Shown here: positions 10,373 through 25,300 of the stretch, one piece after another
Layout of the letters: the number at the start of each line of letters is the position of its first letter
How positions within the stretch are numbered: the stretch's first letter is position 1
Translations under genes and position numbers: made by a program
Source: Leptogorgia sarmentosa
Taxonomy: Eukaryota
Assembly (NCBI GenBank): GCA_964658305.1
Contig: OZ210885.1
Location: 8,928,001-8,992,000, forward strand
DNA length: 64,000 bases
Direction of reading: 5' to 3'
The notes under the pieces: generated by a model
Seen by the model: the letters and a program-made list of their open reading frames with translations, nothing else
What the model was told of the DNA's origin: nothing
Databases searched by the model: none

Positions 10373-13300
10373 CTAAAAATGTGATTTAAATTTTGTTAAT
10401 CTGTTAAAGCAATGTTACGCGAGGCAATTTTTGTGATCAATTTTGGATTGATAGCTATGTTTTATATTTATAGTGGCTGTTACGAACGAAAGATTTTGAT
10501 CGCAGTGCATATACCCAAGGCAATTTCGATACAACGTGAGACGTATTTTAATTTGGATTTACAGCCATTTTATCGAACCGGCATTTCACGTGAATCAATT
10601 TTTGCCATCACTTGCGAGCTGATCTTGGATTGTTAGCCGTGTTATCTAACGGCTACGTTATACAGAATAATTATTTTGCCAATATTTGTGACGCAATTTT
10701 AGCTTCATAGTGATTTATGTTGCAGGTATGTTACTAAAAGGAATTTGTCGCAACTGGCAACTTAATTTCGAATACCGAGCCGCCTCTTCAACAGTCGCTT
10801 TTATGCTTTTAATAGAAATTATTAATAGGTGCGGGCGTAAATTTAGGGATGCGCGGGTAGTTTTGACACTCCAACTTTCCCGCAATATCAAAACTGCCCG
10901 CGCATCTCAGAATTTGCGCCCGCAAATTCCTAATTTCTATTAAAAGCATAAAGCGCCTGTGGAGGAGGTAGGGCCCAGAGGTCACGTTATTTAAGTTGCT
11001 GTCTCAGAAATTGTTCACATAGACTGCTACACAACTCGCTTTTCACAATTCTTTACATAACATACTAATTAGGAAATGTTAGCAGTGCAAACAGGGACTT
11101 ATCTGCACAAATTTCCAGCGAGTCTCATCTAAATAACATCGCTTTAAATCTGATATTAGGTAACATGCAGCTAAACTTTTCACTTTTCACATGTGAAATA
11201 AGGATTTCATATGTAATTGAATTGCACATATGAAAATTTCACATGTGATTTTAAGATTTCACATCTGATTTAATTTCACATATAACTTTTCACGTGTGAA
11301 ATAAGGATTTCATATGTGATTGAATTGCACATATGAAAATTTCACATGTGATTTTAAGATTTCACATCTGATTTAATTTCACATATAACTTTTCACATGT
11401 GAAATATGGATTTCACATGTGATTGAATTTCACATATGAAAATTTCACATGTGAATTTAAGATTTCACATGTGATTTAATTTTACATATAACTTTTCACG
11501 TGTGAAATAAGGATTTCACACAAAATTTCATTTCACATGTGAAAATTGCCGATTTCACAGGTGAAATTAGCGTTTCACATGTGAAATTAACTGAATCACA
11601 TGTGAAATAAACGTTTCACATGTGAAATTAGCATTTCACATGTGAAATATTATGTGAATTTCCGTAACGGATACACGTTCGTTATATTATATTATTTATA
11701 TGATCCCACTCTCCCGGGATTCAATGAAGCGCAAAATGATTTTGAGGTATTGAAATGAGTCATAATTTATGATTTGAAGAAATGCTAAACTGTTGGTTGC
11801 CTAAGATTTTGTTCTGCTGAAATATCAAACTGGCAAAATGTTGTTGGGCATCAATTTTTGTAAAATATATCTTTTTTGGTGATTTGTGCTAAAAGTGTCC
11901 TAACTTTGGTTGTTTCGTTTCATGAACGTTACTCATTTCAATACCTCAAAATCATTTGACGCTTCATTGAATCCCGGTTAAGAGGGATCGTATAAACAGG
12001 CCCTTAAAGTGCAAGCTTGACTTTGCGTGCTGTACGTCACATGTAGGCTCTATGTTGATCACATTTAAAGTGTGCCGCGCTGTAATCTTAGAGGTCACTG
12101 ATATAATGAATGGCCTCAAGTCTCGCCCGGTGACGCCTTGCATCACAGTAGTAATAAATATTTTAATAACACAACATTGTCACGACCCTTTATTACGCGT
12201 TTGGTGGAGTTATCCTGGGCGTTGTAGATCATGACAACAATTCTATTTTTGCAGCATGTGCGCATGCTAATGTTTTTCTTCTAGTTTTCCAATGTATGAA
12301 TTACGCGAGCACACCTTGTGCAATTGAGATTAGAAAATAAAATAATAACAGTTAAATTATTTACCTAATATAGCCACAAGGTTGCCAGAATTGTTAATCC
12401 TTAAAACTTTCTCAGTGTTGAAAAGATTGGTGATTTGTCGCTCGTCGCCGTTCAAGTTCCACTTTGTGACTTTCTCTCCAGCTGTACCATCAATATATTT
12501 GAGCGGATAAACACAAAAAAGGGAGTTCTGGACCACGCGCATTGTTTCAATTCTCTCCATTATAAGCACATCTTCGTAACTATGCACGACACCGTTTGCA
12601 TTTATCCGATCAATCTGTCAAAATAATCAAACCACTTCTCAATATAACGTCTGTTCCATAGAGAACCTACAATTCAGTGGAATATCTATATATACGTCTT
12701 ATATGTCGTAAAGCAAACTACAAGCTCTTTTATACCTATCTATGGTTGTCATGGGATCCTTAATGCAGCGCCGGATTAACCCGTCATTGGGCCGGGACAA
12801 AAAAAAGTAAAGGACCGTAATTTGGTGAATATGAAAACATGAAACATATATGTAATCAAATTGAAAGTCTTGCCCATTGTATAGTCAAAAACGATAATAT
12901 GCATGAACATAGGGAATAGCATTTTAACGTGAAAGTGGCTTTTACCACAGCGACATTAACTTAAGTGAGTCTAGTATTTCGTGTTCAATGCTAAGCATAA
13001 GCGTACGTGGTAAATTTTTTCAGAGGGGGGCAGAAATTTTATCTTTGCCCGAATTTGAGGGGAGCGAATGTCACGAGGCGCCACCATGGTTGGCGCCGAG
13101 CGAGAAATTGTTGAACTTTTACAACCTCGGATTGCCGGAAACGGCGATTTCAAAGTCCTAAGTCCACTTTCTGGGTACGCTCGTTCAGGTGAACGATTGG
13201 AGGATTGGTGACATTACCTTATTCCTTCAACCTATTCCTCATGTTGCCCGAATTATGCTCAAAATCAGTGCCCGAATTTTCCAATTTGATTTTTTTTGGG

Positions 13301-16300
13301 GCCGCCCGCCTCGTACGCCTATGATGCTAAGTAGGTTGAAGTTTGCAATCTTATCGTTGTCTATAGACGCAGATAATTCTTGAGTAATTTAGGACTCTAG
13401 AATTTCCTGTCTTTCAATCGCCCAATTTTTAATCAAAATTTGTTTTTTCGAAACCAACAGTAACTGGAATTTTTTATACATTGTTTTTCTTGGGCCGGTA
13501 AACAAGCTTTTGAGCTGGGGCCGGGGGCAAATGCCCCCATTGCCCCCTACATAATCCGGCACAGCCTTAAGGGATCACTCTAATTACTATATTTTTTTGT
13601 TCTTTTCATAATTATTATAATTAGTCCTATTATACCTATAAACAAAATGCTATTAATATTCTATTCTATTCTGTTCTTAACTACGTCTTTCCATTAAATA
13701 TTTTCCCCACAAAATGATATGAACACCAATCCAGTTATAAATGCTTATTATTACGTATTTTAAATTCGAGAATTCCTTTCGAACTATTTTCTATTATTCT
13801 TGCTTGGTTACGTCAAACAGCTCATAAAGTAGCAAAATGAACAAAAAATCAGCCGTCAGAATCGAAGTTCTTGAATTCATAATATGTATTTAAAATGAAT
13901 GAAGGCAAGAGGTAAATCGTGGAGCGGGATGACACAAGCATCGAGAGGGAGGGGGATGACACAAAACACCAACTGTTTTGGCTGAAAGGATGAATATTGT
14001 GTCGTCCCCTAACGTTTTAACAAACAATTCACCGAGCATTTGCATTTATATTTATCAAGTATAATGTACTTTATGTGCAGGAAACATTGTGTGTAAATCT
14101 AATTGAACTCTTGCGTTCAGCAATTACAATGCATCTATATTTCAGCAGTCACGTTCACTAAATTACAGTTAAATTACTGCAATACGTGTGGAAAATGATT
14201 AATAAATGAACATGAAGGTTAATTCTATTCAAATTGCTGTTTTTGCGTTACGCACATGGTTACGCACATGGTTGAACAATTAAACAGATTTATTTAATTG
14301 ATGTAATTCGCCTGATAATCAATGTCACATGATCAAATACATGTGGGATGTGGACTCTGACAATACTAAATCATTATTGAATGATTTGAGGCATTTTAGA
14401 TTGCCTAGCTACGTTCTTATCCATACAAATAACTGCAAACAATGATGAACAATAGTATAACGTTAAAATTGCGTTAGCGAGTAGCAAAACATGTGAATTT
14501 TCGTTCAAGAAAATGTCTTCTGAGACGCGTTTTTAAATTATTTTTCGCAATATTTTCATGTTTGATCTCTGATTCTACTAAAACAATTAAATCCACTCGC
14601 TCTCGATTTCTACGAGATGATAGTTGATTCGGGCTTCGCCCTCATCAACTCATCACCTCATAGAAATCTCGAGCTCGTAATCTAATTGTTAAATAGAAAT
14701 CTCGAACTCGTAATCTTATTGTTAAATAGAAAACAACCTTTGCGAATAGAATCGAGTAAAACCTCGCCAATTTACGACAGCTTTAGAACTCGGCAAAGTT
14801 ATTTTACTGTTCTGAAAATGTATTTTCTACAAAAAACACATGATGGTGGGAAAAAGAAGTTGTGGTGCCTTCGTATCTCGAAATTTGTTCGGGGTTTGCC
14901 CTGACATGCATTCCGTAGAAAATGTTATTTATCACGACCATTATTAACTTATGTATAATGCATTGCAAGCATTTAGACTTTTGTTCAAGGACGAGATTTA
15001 ATTTAATTTAATTGTTTTAACCTGATCGCTCGATTTCTAGCCCATGTTATTCGCAAATATATATTTTAATAAAAACTGCCTTCGCATACTTTAATTTTAA
15101 AGGTTTCGCCGTCTTATACAAAATAGTATGGAATTTTTTCATATTCATTTTAAAATTATAGCTTTGGGTTATTGCGTCATCGCGGCTCGCACATTTCTGG
15201 TAATGAAAGAAAAATCCAGCAAGAAAAAAACTATTAATTTGGTTGATTTCTTCCTGACATGGTGTGAACAATGGGGATTTATTCCGAATTTGCTTCCCAA
15301 TCTTCAAAAGGAAGATTGGGGCCAAGTTAATTTGCAATAATTCTAGAAACTTTTCATAACGTGTATGTGCATGTGATGTTTTACATCATGAAATTTGAAT
15401 TACAGCTCAACCAACAACAAGTAACACGCCCAAAAATAACATTTGAAAATCTCGTTTGGAAAATGATATACATACCTTTTTGCCAGAAGCAACTATGATA
15501 TCATCCGAGCGGGGCACGAATTCTAACGCGGTAATGGGATCCGAACAAATGTTGTCATGTGACCATATTAACGTCGGCAAGTTTTCTTCAACATTCCAAA
15601 GCTTCACAGACCCACCAATAGACCCCGATGCAAAGCGACGTGAACGATCATGACCTCCTACCTCGCCTTTAACTTGAGAAATAGCATCCTTGTGCGCTGG
15701 GAATTTCAACTGCGATTTATTGTTAAGATGAAACCATAACAGTTCTCCGTCATCACAACCAAGAAATGCATAGTTTGAACCAAGAGCAGTAATGCAGTTT
15801 ACTTTAACTTCTGGTTGACCCAAATTAATGCTGGCCTCGGTATCAATAAAAGTTCTTAGTTCGATCCTGTTTGCCTCGTCAACAAAAACGAAACGGACAT
15901 CATCACTTAATAAGCACACAAAACGTATGGCGACTCCAGATTCGGTCTTTGCGAAGGTTTGAACTATTTTAGAACACTCTATGTCAACCAGTGACAATGT
16001 TCCTGAACTGCTTCCAGACAGAGCAAATTTCCCATTTGATGTGATGTCAATTGCTGTAACTATCGAGTAGTCAGGGTGACCTGAAAGAAGTAAAACGTTT
16101 AAAGTCATTTGAAGTTGTCAAGTATATCAATTAATATTTTGTAAGTTCAGCAAGTCAGTGAATAACACAAATTACCATAAACTTTTACGCCGGGCTCCGC
16201 TTTTTGCGAGTAATACTCAAAGAAATAAACTTATAATTTTGATGGGGGAACAACATATTTTTCGGAAAGATAAGCTTGAAATTCAAATTTCAGGATACTT

Positions 16301-19300
16301 AGACAACAATCGATGAGATCTTTTAGCTTGAACGAATGGCTTTTGAATTGGTTTCATTATCTTGGATGTTTTAGCGATCTATAGCCACTCTGCTTTTTCA
16401 AGTTACCATGTCCATAAAGTCCATTGTGTTATCAGAACAATCGTGTACGTTTAGTATTGAACTGAGGTTTATCGTTCACCAATATGTCCCAAGAGTAAAA
16501 TGCATACTATGCCGTGTTCGGTACCAAAATGTGGAGCGAGAAAGAATTTTTCCCGAGGTGCAGCCTTTTCCTATAGATGTGCCGTGAGTCCGAGACTCTA
16601 TTCATCAGCAAACGCGCTTTGCCAAAAAGCAACGCGTGAAAATTTAAATTCAGAATGGCTAAGACTGCTCACGAGGAGAGATGCGTATTGAAAAAAGTCG
16701 GATGATTTAGATGGTTTCGACAGTTGGACTATGTTTCTCAGTACCAGCTGTTTTTGGCATTTTGATTTTGATGAGAAAACGCTGAGGGAAATCCGGGGGT
16801 ATTGATGAATTCTGAGGACATTGTTCGTACAGCCGCTCGGAAGATAGCGCGGGCTGAAATGTCCGCGAATTCTGGCTATGATGCGGACTAACAATAGCGT
16901 TATATATCAAAATAAGGATATTGTGCTAAAGAAACGGTTATCCAGCAGTAATTCACGCATTTATTTTTCCAAGACAACTGCACGTCAATTGTTAACCGGA
17001 TTGTTTTGCATTCATAAACTTGTTTGAGATGTTTATATTCAATGAAAATAATGTCATGGAATAAGAAATACTTCTTAACATAGGATTGGAGCCAATTTAT
17101 ATAAAATCTGTCCTAATAGTCCATCTTGTCATTATATAAAATCTTTATATACTTGGTTTTGTCGTGAATCATTGCATGCCGAGCAGGTTCAGACAAATAC
17201 ACTCTGTTACACCCAGATCTTTAACAATTGGGACAAATTACATACAATTACGTTTTTTCTTTTTTTTCCAAGATCGCATTGTTTTCAGTAGCAGATCGGC
17301 ATCATGCTGTTTTACGAACAATGCAGTTTTAGGATTAATAAGGTATAAGTTGCGCGATAATGGAAATCGTAGATGGTCAAACTCATCACTGACAGTCGAA
17401 TGGATAATTTATTTTTGACTGGATCCCGCATTTTTAACAGCAGGATAACCCAGGAAATACAATATTGGCGTCAAAAATGACTGGAACTACAGAATTGGGG
17501 CTCGTAGTTGGGGTCCTTTATAGCACTTCCAAACAGTGAGATAACTGAACTAATCTTGATAAGGTCAAAAGTAAATATACATAACATACATTATTATATG
17601 GCAAGTGTTCTGAGCGGTTCGTCTGCTAAAATACAGCGTGCTGATTGGTTCCTGAGCGGTCGGTAACCTGCAGTACGGACCGCTCACGTTTAGCGACGTC
17701 GGTTGTTTATTGAATCAAGCGACAACGAAGACGAAATAAGTTAAAAACATGTTTGAAAATTCTGTTCTTTTTTTGTTTCAACATTTTGTTCTTTTTTTGG
17801 TAGCCAATAACGTTTTAGAGAACAATTTTTAGCGAACTTCTTCAGCTGTTCTTATATTAATTAGCCGTTTACCGGCTTTGTTCATAGTGTTGAATTGTTG
17901 TAAACGAGTTTTGTTTATCTTTTGCGATATAATAAATAGCTTATTGACTGAGTTTGTTCGATCCGTACTGGAGGATACTGCACGGTCTCGTTCTTTTCTC
18001 GACCGTGCAGTATCCTCCAGTACGGACCTCACACTCAGTCAATAACATATATGTATAATGCAAATAAATTAAAAAGGATGACGGGAAAAATTCTTGATCA
18101 GCTAAAAATGCATTGAGATTTACATTCACCGCAGCATCGATGTGCTGCAAATCCTATAGGATTTCTATATATCACAGCAATCTTGTAGTTTTGGTATTCT
18201 TTCTCTTCATGCAACACGACCTAAATAATGCATATCAGCTTGTAGATACTCGCGATGAAACCGTTTTCATTGTATTGTTCGTAATCAGAAAATAGCATGT
18301 GAAGCCATAACAATTTCTAAAATCGAATCCAATAGTAATTTGAATGCACTGTTTTTTTCGGAGAAATATATTGTCAACTAAAACGGATATTTCACAAACA
18401 TAAATTTTGCGTGTATAAAGATGGTACAATACCCTGTAGTCGCATCAATGACTTAAAAGTATTTAGAATATTCCTTCATTTACCCACCTGCATTATGCTC
18501 GACCAAACTATTTGTTGACAGTTTCCCGTGGAAAAACACATTATTCTGAAGCGACCCAAATAATACTATTTTACCGTCGGGTGATATTACTGGTGGGACG
18601 CTCGACCCTTGACGAACAGTCGATACTTGTAGTGAGTCGAGATTGATTTCACAAGTATGCATATCCCGGCTGCATGTGTAAATCATGTTGCGATCGCATG
18701 CTATTTCCACTGTATAGGACGCGGGTAAAATGACTTCTTTCAAAGACGCATCAGGCTTTTGCCAGTCCCAGATGAACACATGGTTATCTTTGCATCCAAT
18801 TATAACTTGCAACCCATCAGAACTAAAGCGAACAATCTCAGGTGTGCCATCGCTATCAATTCCTTTGATCACACTGCCATCAGACAAATTCCACACCTTG
18901 AAAATAAAAGGAAAAGTTTTTCTGTGTGATACGCAAGAAACGCTTTCAACTTGTGACTACATTGATTTTAGCAAAACTAATTATGAATATAATAACTAAC
19001 ACGCACATGAATGACTTTGTAAATAGGTTTAATTAGTTATATTATGCGTGCTACTTAAAGCGATTATAAATCGGAAGTTATGCAGTTTTTAAGGATTGGG
19101 ATAGAGCACAACAAATTAGTTAATACGTTCTAGATTAGGTTTTACGTTTTAATTTCCGAGATATACGTATTAAGAACAGACCTAGAATATGACTGGACAA
19201 AGCTTCGGGAATGCATAAATGAACCAAATGTGCTCATATTGCTGACACCATCTAAAATCCACTGTGGTGCTTTTGAAGTTCCTACAGTTTTAGGTTATTA

Positions 19301-22300
19301 CTTGAAATATTTATTAAACATTGCTTGAATAAATCTCCTCCAAAAATTGCGTCTTTTACCTTTTAAATTTGCTCGTGAATAACTAATGAGGTCACACGAA
19401 GATGTACGCGGTGTGATTCTTTGCAAAGCTGTTAAAACGTTCTAGAAAGCACTAGAAAAGTTATGACCAGCTCTGTGTATGTCTTAAACTGCAAAAGACA
19501 TTTTCTGTATAATCCGACCATGAATGTTGCGATACCATTAATGGAAACTGCGATCAATGTCACTCATTTTAGAATCTTATCTCATTAGAAATTTTCTAAC
19601 TTCAAAATTCCAGACTGAATCCAAAAGGATGATAAATCCGGTAGTAGGAGATCAGTGGATATATAGGCTGGAAAGCACATTACCCTCAGTAACACAATCT
19701 TTTAATGATTTTGTTCAATTTATGTCTTCATACTTTATTTATGCATTTAACAGTTTAACTGCATGTATACAACCTCGTGAATAAAGCTACTGCAGAAAGT
19801 TTGCCTTGTTTGCTTGAGTTCAGGAGTCTATTGGAGTGTTCGTTAGACTAATCTAGATACTTGTTAGCAAATATTTCAACCGTTGTTAAAATGCTCGGGA
19901 AGGTATAAAATCGCAGATACGGAGCAGGCAATTGATAAAAAAGAATATTCAACTTCAAAATATTTAAGTTTTATTCACGTCAGAGTTTTAACAGGTTGTT
20001 TTAGGAAATGCAACTAAGAGCAACAGTCTTGCTCACCACCTAAACGATAGAAACAGATTTAACGTTTCGATGAAACGTCCTTCCTTGGAAATTGCTGTGT
20101 TCACTAATGTAGTTATTCAGTGGATGGCGCTATCTAACATGTGAACAACCATCCCGTTGCAGGAACCTTATAAATTGTTACTGCATGAGACCTCCCCTCC
20201 ACTACACGAGCGGGGGGAGTTGAAATTTGATTTCTTTCACCAGTTGTTCACAGGTATTACTATTTACGCATGCGTTGCCCAAAATGAATTTTTCCACGAT
20301 TCTTGCCCCTTCTAGTCATCTATTATATACATGATTATTTCCGAGCCTCATATTTATTGGACTATATCAAATGTCAATTAGACATATCTATAGATACCGA
20401 TTTTGAACAATATATATCTTGTGTCGCATCACGAATATGTAAACTCGTACATGACAGAACTTCAGCATTCAGTAAGTTGTTGCTGGGTCTTCCAGCAACA
20501 CAAAATAGATAGTACTGTAAGTGTCTTTCCCGTATAGATGACAAATTGCATGGTGGGGATTTTAGTAATGGGGGTATTTTACGATCGGGTTAATCTGCTT
20601 CCAGATGATCTAACTACATACAATACAAATAAAAGTTGTATTTAAAATACTCAGTTGTGTTGGTAGTGGCTTTATTAACAGGCAGCAAAGAGTCTACGCT
20701 CCACCTAAATAATATAAACAGATTTTACGTTTCGAGCAGAGGCCCTTCGGTGGGATCGAATAGTGTGTTACACTAATTCCCGACGAGGGCCTTTTGCGGG
20801 ATACGTCAAATCCATTTGTATATCCCTTATACGTATTGAGTAGACCTTTATTTGTTGTTCATGTTGCCATCTGCTACCTACACTGGTCACATATTCATAT
20901 ACTTCAATTATTATCTATCATGGGTTATGAGTACGTTGACCTGAAACCGTCATCATACAGGTCTGAATGAAGTTGATGTACAGTACTGTGCAAAAGTTAT
21001 AGGCACCTCGTGAAAAAGCATTTGACGCCATCTTATTGTAAACTTATCGTATAAGTTTACAATAAGTTTACAATAAGATGGCGTCAAATGTTTTTTCACG
21101 ATGTATTCCAATCTTTAAGATTGCAAAATCCAAGGTCATTAAATAATAATAATAATAATAATAATAATCCATATACTGATATACAATTTTACTAGACTAT
21201 TTTTAATATTAAAATATAACCTACTTAAAACGGTCATTCTTATGCTTTCTTACTATATATTATATGTAAATGTACATTTCTTTCGGTTCGGGTTTAAGAT
21301 ATGTCAGTACGAAGTCCTGGAATGGATTAAATGTGAAGTTACAGGTTTCAAAACAAAGCGCAAAACGCGGATGTCGTGCAGTTTAAGTCTGAATTTCCAG
21401 TCCATGCCTTCGATTTTTAGGGTCTGATACAAACCTTCTTTAATTTTAAAAACACATCTGATATCATATAGCATCAGAAAATCAAAGTTATAGACTTATA
21501 GTTTATGCCAGTCAACCGAAATTTGCGTATTACATATACTGACACTTGCATGCTGATGATTTCCTCTTTGTTTTCTTCGTGCATTATTAATGCGTTTCAC
21601 AAGTAGCTATATGTACCCATGTTTTGTAAAAATTCGGTATACATTCCTAATAATGAATACGCCGAGTCGAAACGTGGAACAAACAATTCAAAAAATTTCT
21701 TGTGTTCGGATGTTTGTATTTCTATATGTACAGTATAGCTAGTAGCCTTGTGTACCATACCTTTATCGAGGACTTCGTTGAGGCCTTGAAGATATTCCTA
21801 TCCTTTGACAGCGAAACGACATAGCGATCATCAGCAGAGACTGCAACATGTTTTGCCCATTCAAGGTCACCTATTGATCAGGAAGGAAGAAATAATCAAT
21901 TCAGAAATTGAAGTAAACATTAAAAGGATATTTTCTGTAACAGTCACAAATAGGTTGTGCATGATCAAGTTGGACGCGTTATTTAAATTAATGTAAAAAT
22001 CTTTGCAATTTAAGGATTCATATTATACAATGAAAAGAAAAATCTTGAGTAGTGGATTCAATACTGTATCTAATATAACTTGATAGTAAGTTCTACTCAC
22101 CAACTGAACGATATAGGCAGTGAATTTGTTTTCTAACGTTTAGGTAGTAAGTAGAACTTTTGTTGCTTGTTGATGTTATTATATCCGGAACCTACACAGC
22201 AGTTGTCTACCAGCATTCGATATTGCCATTTTTTCATCATAGAAGATATTTTCATCATCACAAATGGAGATGTATTTTTTACTTGTAAAAAAATGCACAC

Positions 22301-25300
22301 ATTGAGCTATCGCAAGCACCTCCATTCATATGACGTTGCATTGATAAATAACTTTGTAGCAATAAATTACGATGAACTACTAGACTACCATCCTTTAGAT
22401 ATTTATAGGAATTGTGAGAAAGTACATTAGAATGCGATACGATTTAGCGGATTGTGAAAGTTAAGATGCAAATTTAAATTTTAATGTAATATATAATATT
22501 GTTCCCACATGCTGGACCATTTGTCAATATTTTAAATATATATAAATTTCATAAAAAAAACTGGTTTGTATTTATTACCAATAATAGGAGGGATTTCCAA
22601 AGAAATTAATCAATGCAAAACACGATATAGGAATATTCGCGCCCTCTCACCCATTTAGCCACACCAAAATTGTGCAAATTTACACTTATTTAGAGTTCGC
22701 TGACGCTGAACACTTCGGAATTTAGAGTGTGGTCGCATATTGAACCTTATTCTAATGGACTAGACCATAAACTATCAAAAGAATGGACTGGAAACGCACG
22801 CTGAAACTGCACAACAACCGCGTGATACGCTTTATGTGGAACCCTGTAACTTCATATTAAATCCATTCCAAGACTTCGTATTGACATATTTCAAACCAGA
22901 AGAGAAATGAGTGTGCATCTATCCACTGTTCAAGGCAAAAAATCACCGTTGCAATAAGTGGTGAGAAATTTTATATCTTGATATTTTGCTTGCGTTGTGT
23001 TTGTCATTGTTGTCTGTCAGTATCAAATATTCCGTATCTCTACACTCTTCTTTATACTCCTGTAATAAACAAATAAATTCACAGTTGCTCGTTTGTACCG
23101 TTATTATTTGCTCGTTGTGATCGCTAAGCTCACGATCGTATAAGCTAAAATCGTATTTAGCGATCCATCACAATTGGTAAATAAAAATTGTATACACTCG
23201 CCAACCGTGAAGTAGCCAATCTCTATGTATTGTCTTTCCGTCTTAGAGAGTCCCATGGGCGTACGGGCTGGGGGGGCACGGGGGGGCCTGTGCCCCCCCC
23301 AAACTGTTCACGGTCGGGCAATTGAGCTCGAATCGTTCGGGCAAACATAACTCCATCATAGTTGATAGAATATTAACTTTATTAGACAATATAACATCAA
23401 CAATACGATGAAAATCATTATCCTCTAAAACATCCTATATGAAGTATTCTAATTCCAAAGCTCAAGTATTTCAGATCAAATATGTATTACATAACGAAAG
23501 AGGTATAATATGACATCTTGAAAATGCCATTTCTGACGATCTAGAGACCAAAATTTTTAAAATTTTCTCGCTCGGCGCCAACCATGGTGGCGCCTCGTGA
23601 GCTTCGCCCCCCCTTATCTGTCAGCCCCCCTCCCCCCACTTCAAATGTCGTTCCACAGGTCCTGTCGGGCAAACAATAATGTGCCCCCCCAAACAAGATA
23701 GGGCCCGTACGCCCATGGAGAGTCCCCAAATCTCATAAAACATTTCCCTTTCGTCAATGATGTAAATAGAGATGTGTACGATTTGTAAATAATATAATTC
23801 GAACAAACGAGCCAAATGTGCATGAAGTAATTTGTTTATTATATGAATACAAGGAATGGTGTACAATTACGGAATATTTGATACACACAGGCGACAATGA
23901 CAAACACAACACGAGCAAAATATCAAAATATAAAATTTCTCACCACTTATTGCTTTGTTTCAAGTTTTATTTCGTCATTCTGCTTGAAACTAGTTGAAAT
24001 TTTGTAATTATAATTGGTTATAAGAATACCAAAGTAATTCTTTTCATTACATGCAATTATCTTAGGAAATATACAAATTAACGGCAATTAACGTAATTAT
24101 TCTAGGAAAGACTGCTATCCATTCAACTGTACTTAACCACCGGTTTTCTGTCTTCATATCAGTGCAGAGCGTTGCAGACAAGAACGTTTCTCATTAACTA
24201 TTCCGATTTGCTAATTATACACGAGTATCTACAAGATTTGAATTTCCAGGTCAATTTGTTCTACGTAAAAATAGTAGTTTTTGAACATGGTACAGTACTT
24301 GAAGCACAAAATTAACAAGGTAGCGGCCAGGTTCATATGAATTTAATAAAATGAAAATGAATGGCCCAAATAGACAATTTGAACTATACCTGTGACAGAA
24401 AAGCACTGTGTGTGAAGATTCCAAACTTTGAAAGTGCCATCTTTAGATGCGCAAACACATCTAGAGTCACCACGAGCGATTGTAATATCTGTGACGTCTT
24501 CTGAATGATCAGAGAAACTGTTTTCTTCTATGTACGCAGCAGTTTCCAGGTTCCAAACCCTGATACTTTGATCCAATGACGCTGTCAAAACCTTCTTTTC
24601 TTTGGGAATTATTGCAACACCGCTGAAATATTACAAGTTGATTGTTTATTACTAATAATAATTTGTTCTACCGAAAAAAGGCAAAGACGATCTCTGCGAG
24701 ACTATTGATTGTTTAAGAAACCCATATTATCAAAATATGCTGTATAATTTATTCATAAATGATCTGGGAAATATGTCCTATTCATCGAATGTTAATGCAA
24801 ATGAAAACTACATCTATGGTCACTTCATCTTTAGCAAAAATCTTTCTATTACTATGTCGACAACAATTAAGAAGACAGATAGATAGATAAAACCTTTATT
24901 TACATAGGGTAGTCCCGTCAGTAATAAAAATAACTGTTATCAACGGGAGCCCTATTGACATATTGTAGAGTTCAGTACGGCAGAAAATCAACGAAAGCAG
25001 CAATACAAGATAGGATAATGATTGATGTACAACAGGTAAAATTATGTTGCATTGGATGTCATACGCTGAATTTCCTACGTTTATCCCTCATCTTTCTAAA
25101 GCCCAAGTCGTCCATTGCAAATAAGCACGACTATAGCCAGAAGCCAATTAGTATATTAGTGTAATAACTAGAACTTCTTATAGCGTTGTGAACAAATGGA
25201 TGCCTGAAAATTACTTTCATGGTGTTCAACTTCGCTATCTTTTCAATTCATCAATAACCGATTTCAAGAAGCATTGCGCCTAAGTTTGACTGTGAAATAT

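Noticed and set aside
11176..11670. CRISPR-like array
   Set aside because: Units repeat in full with no unique spacers, and there are no cas genes.
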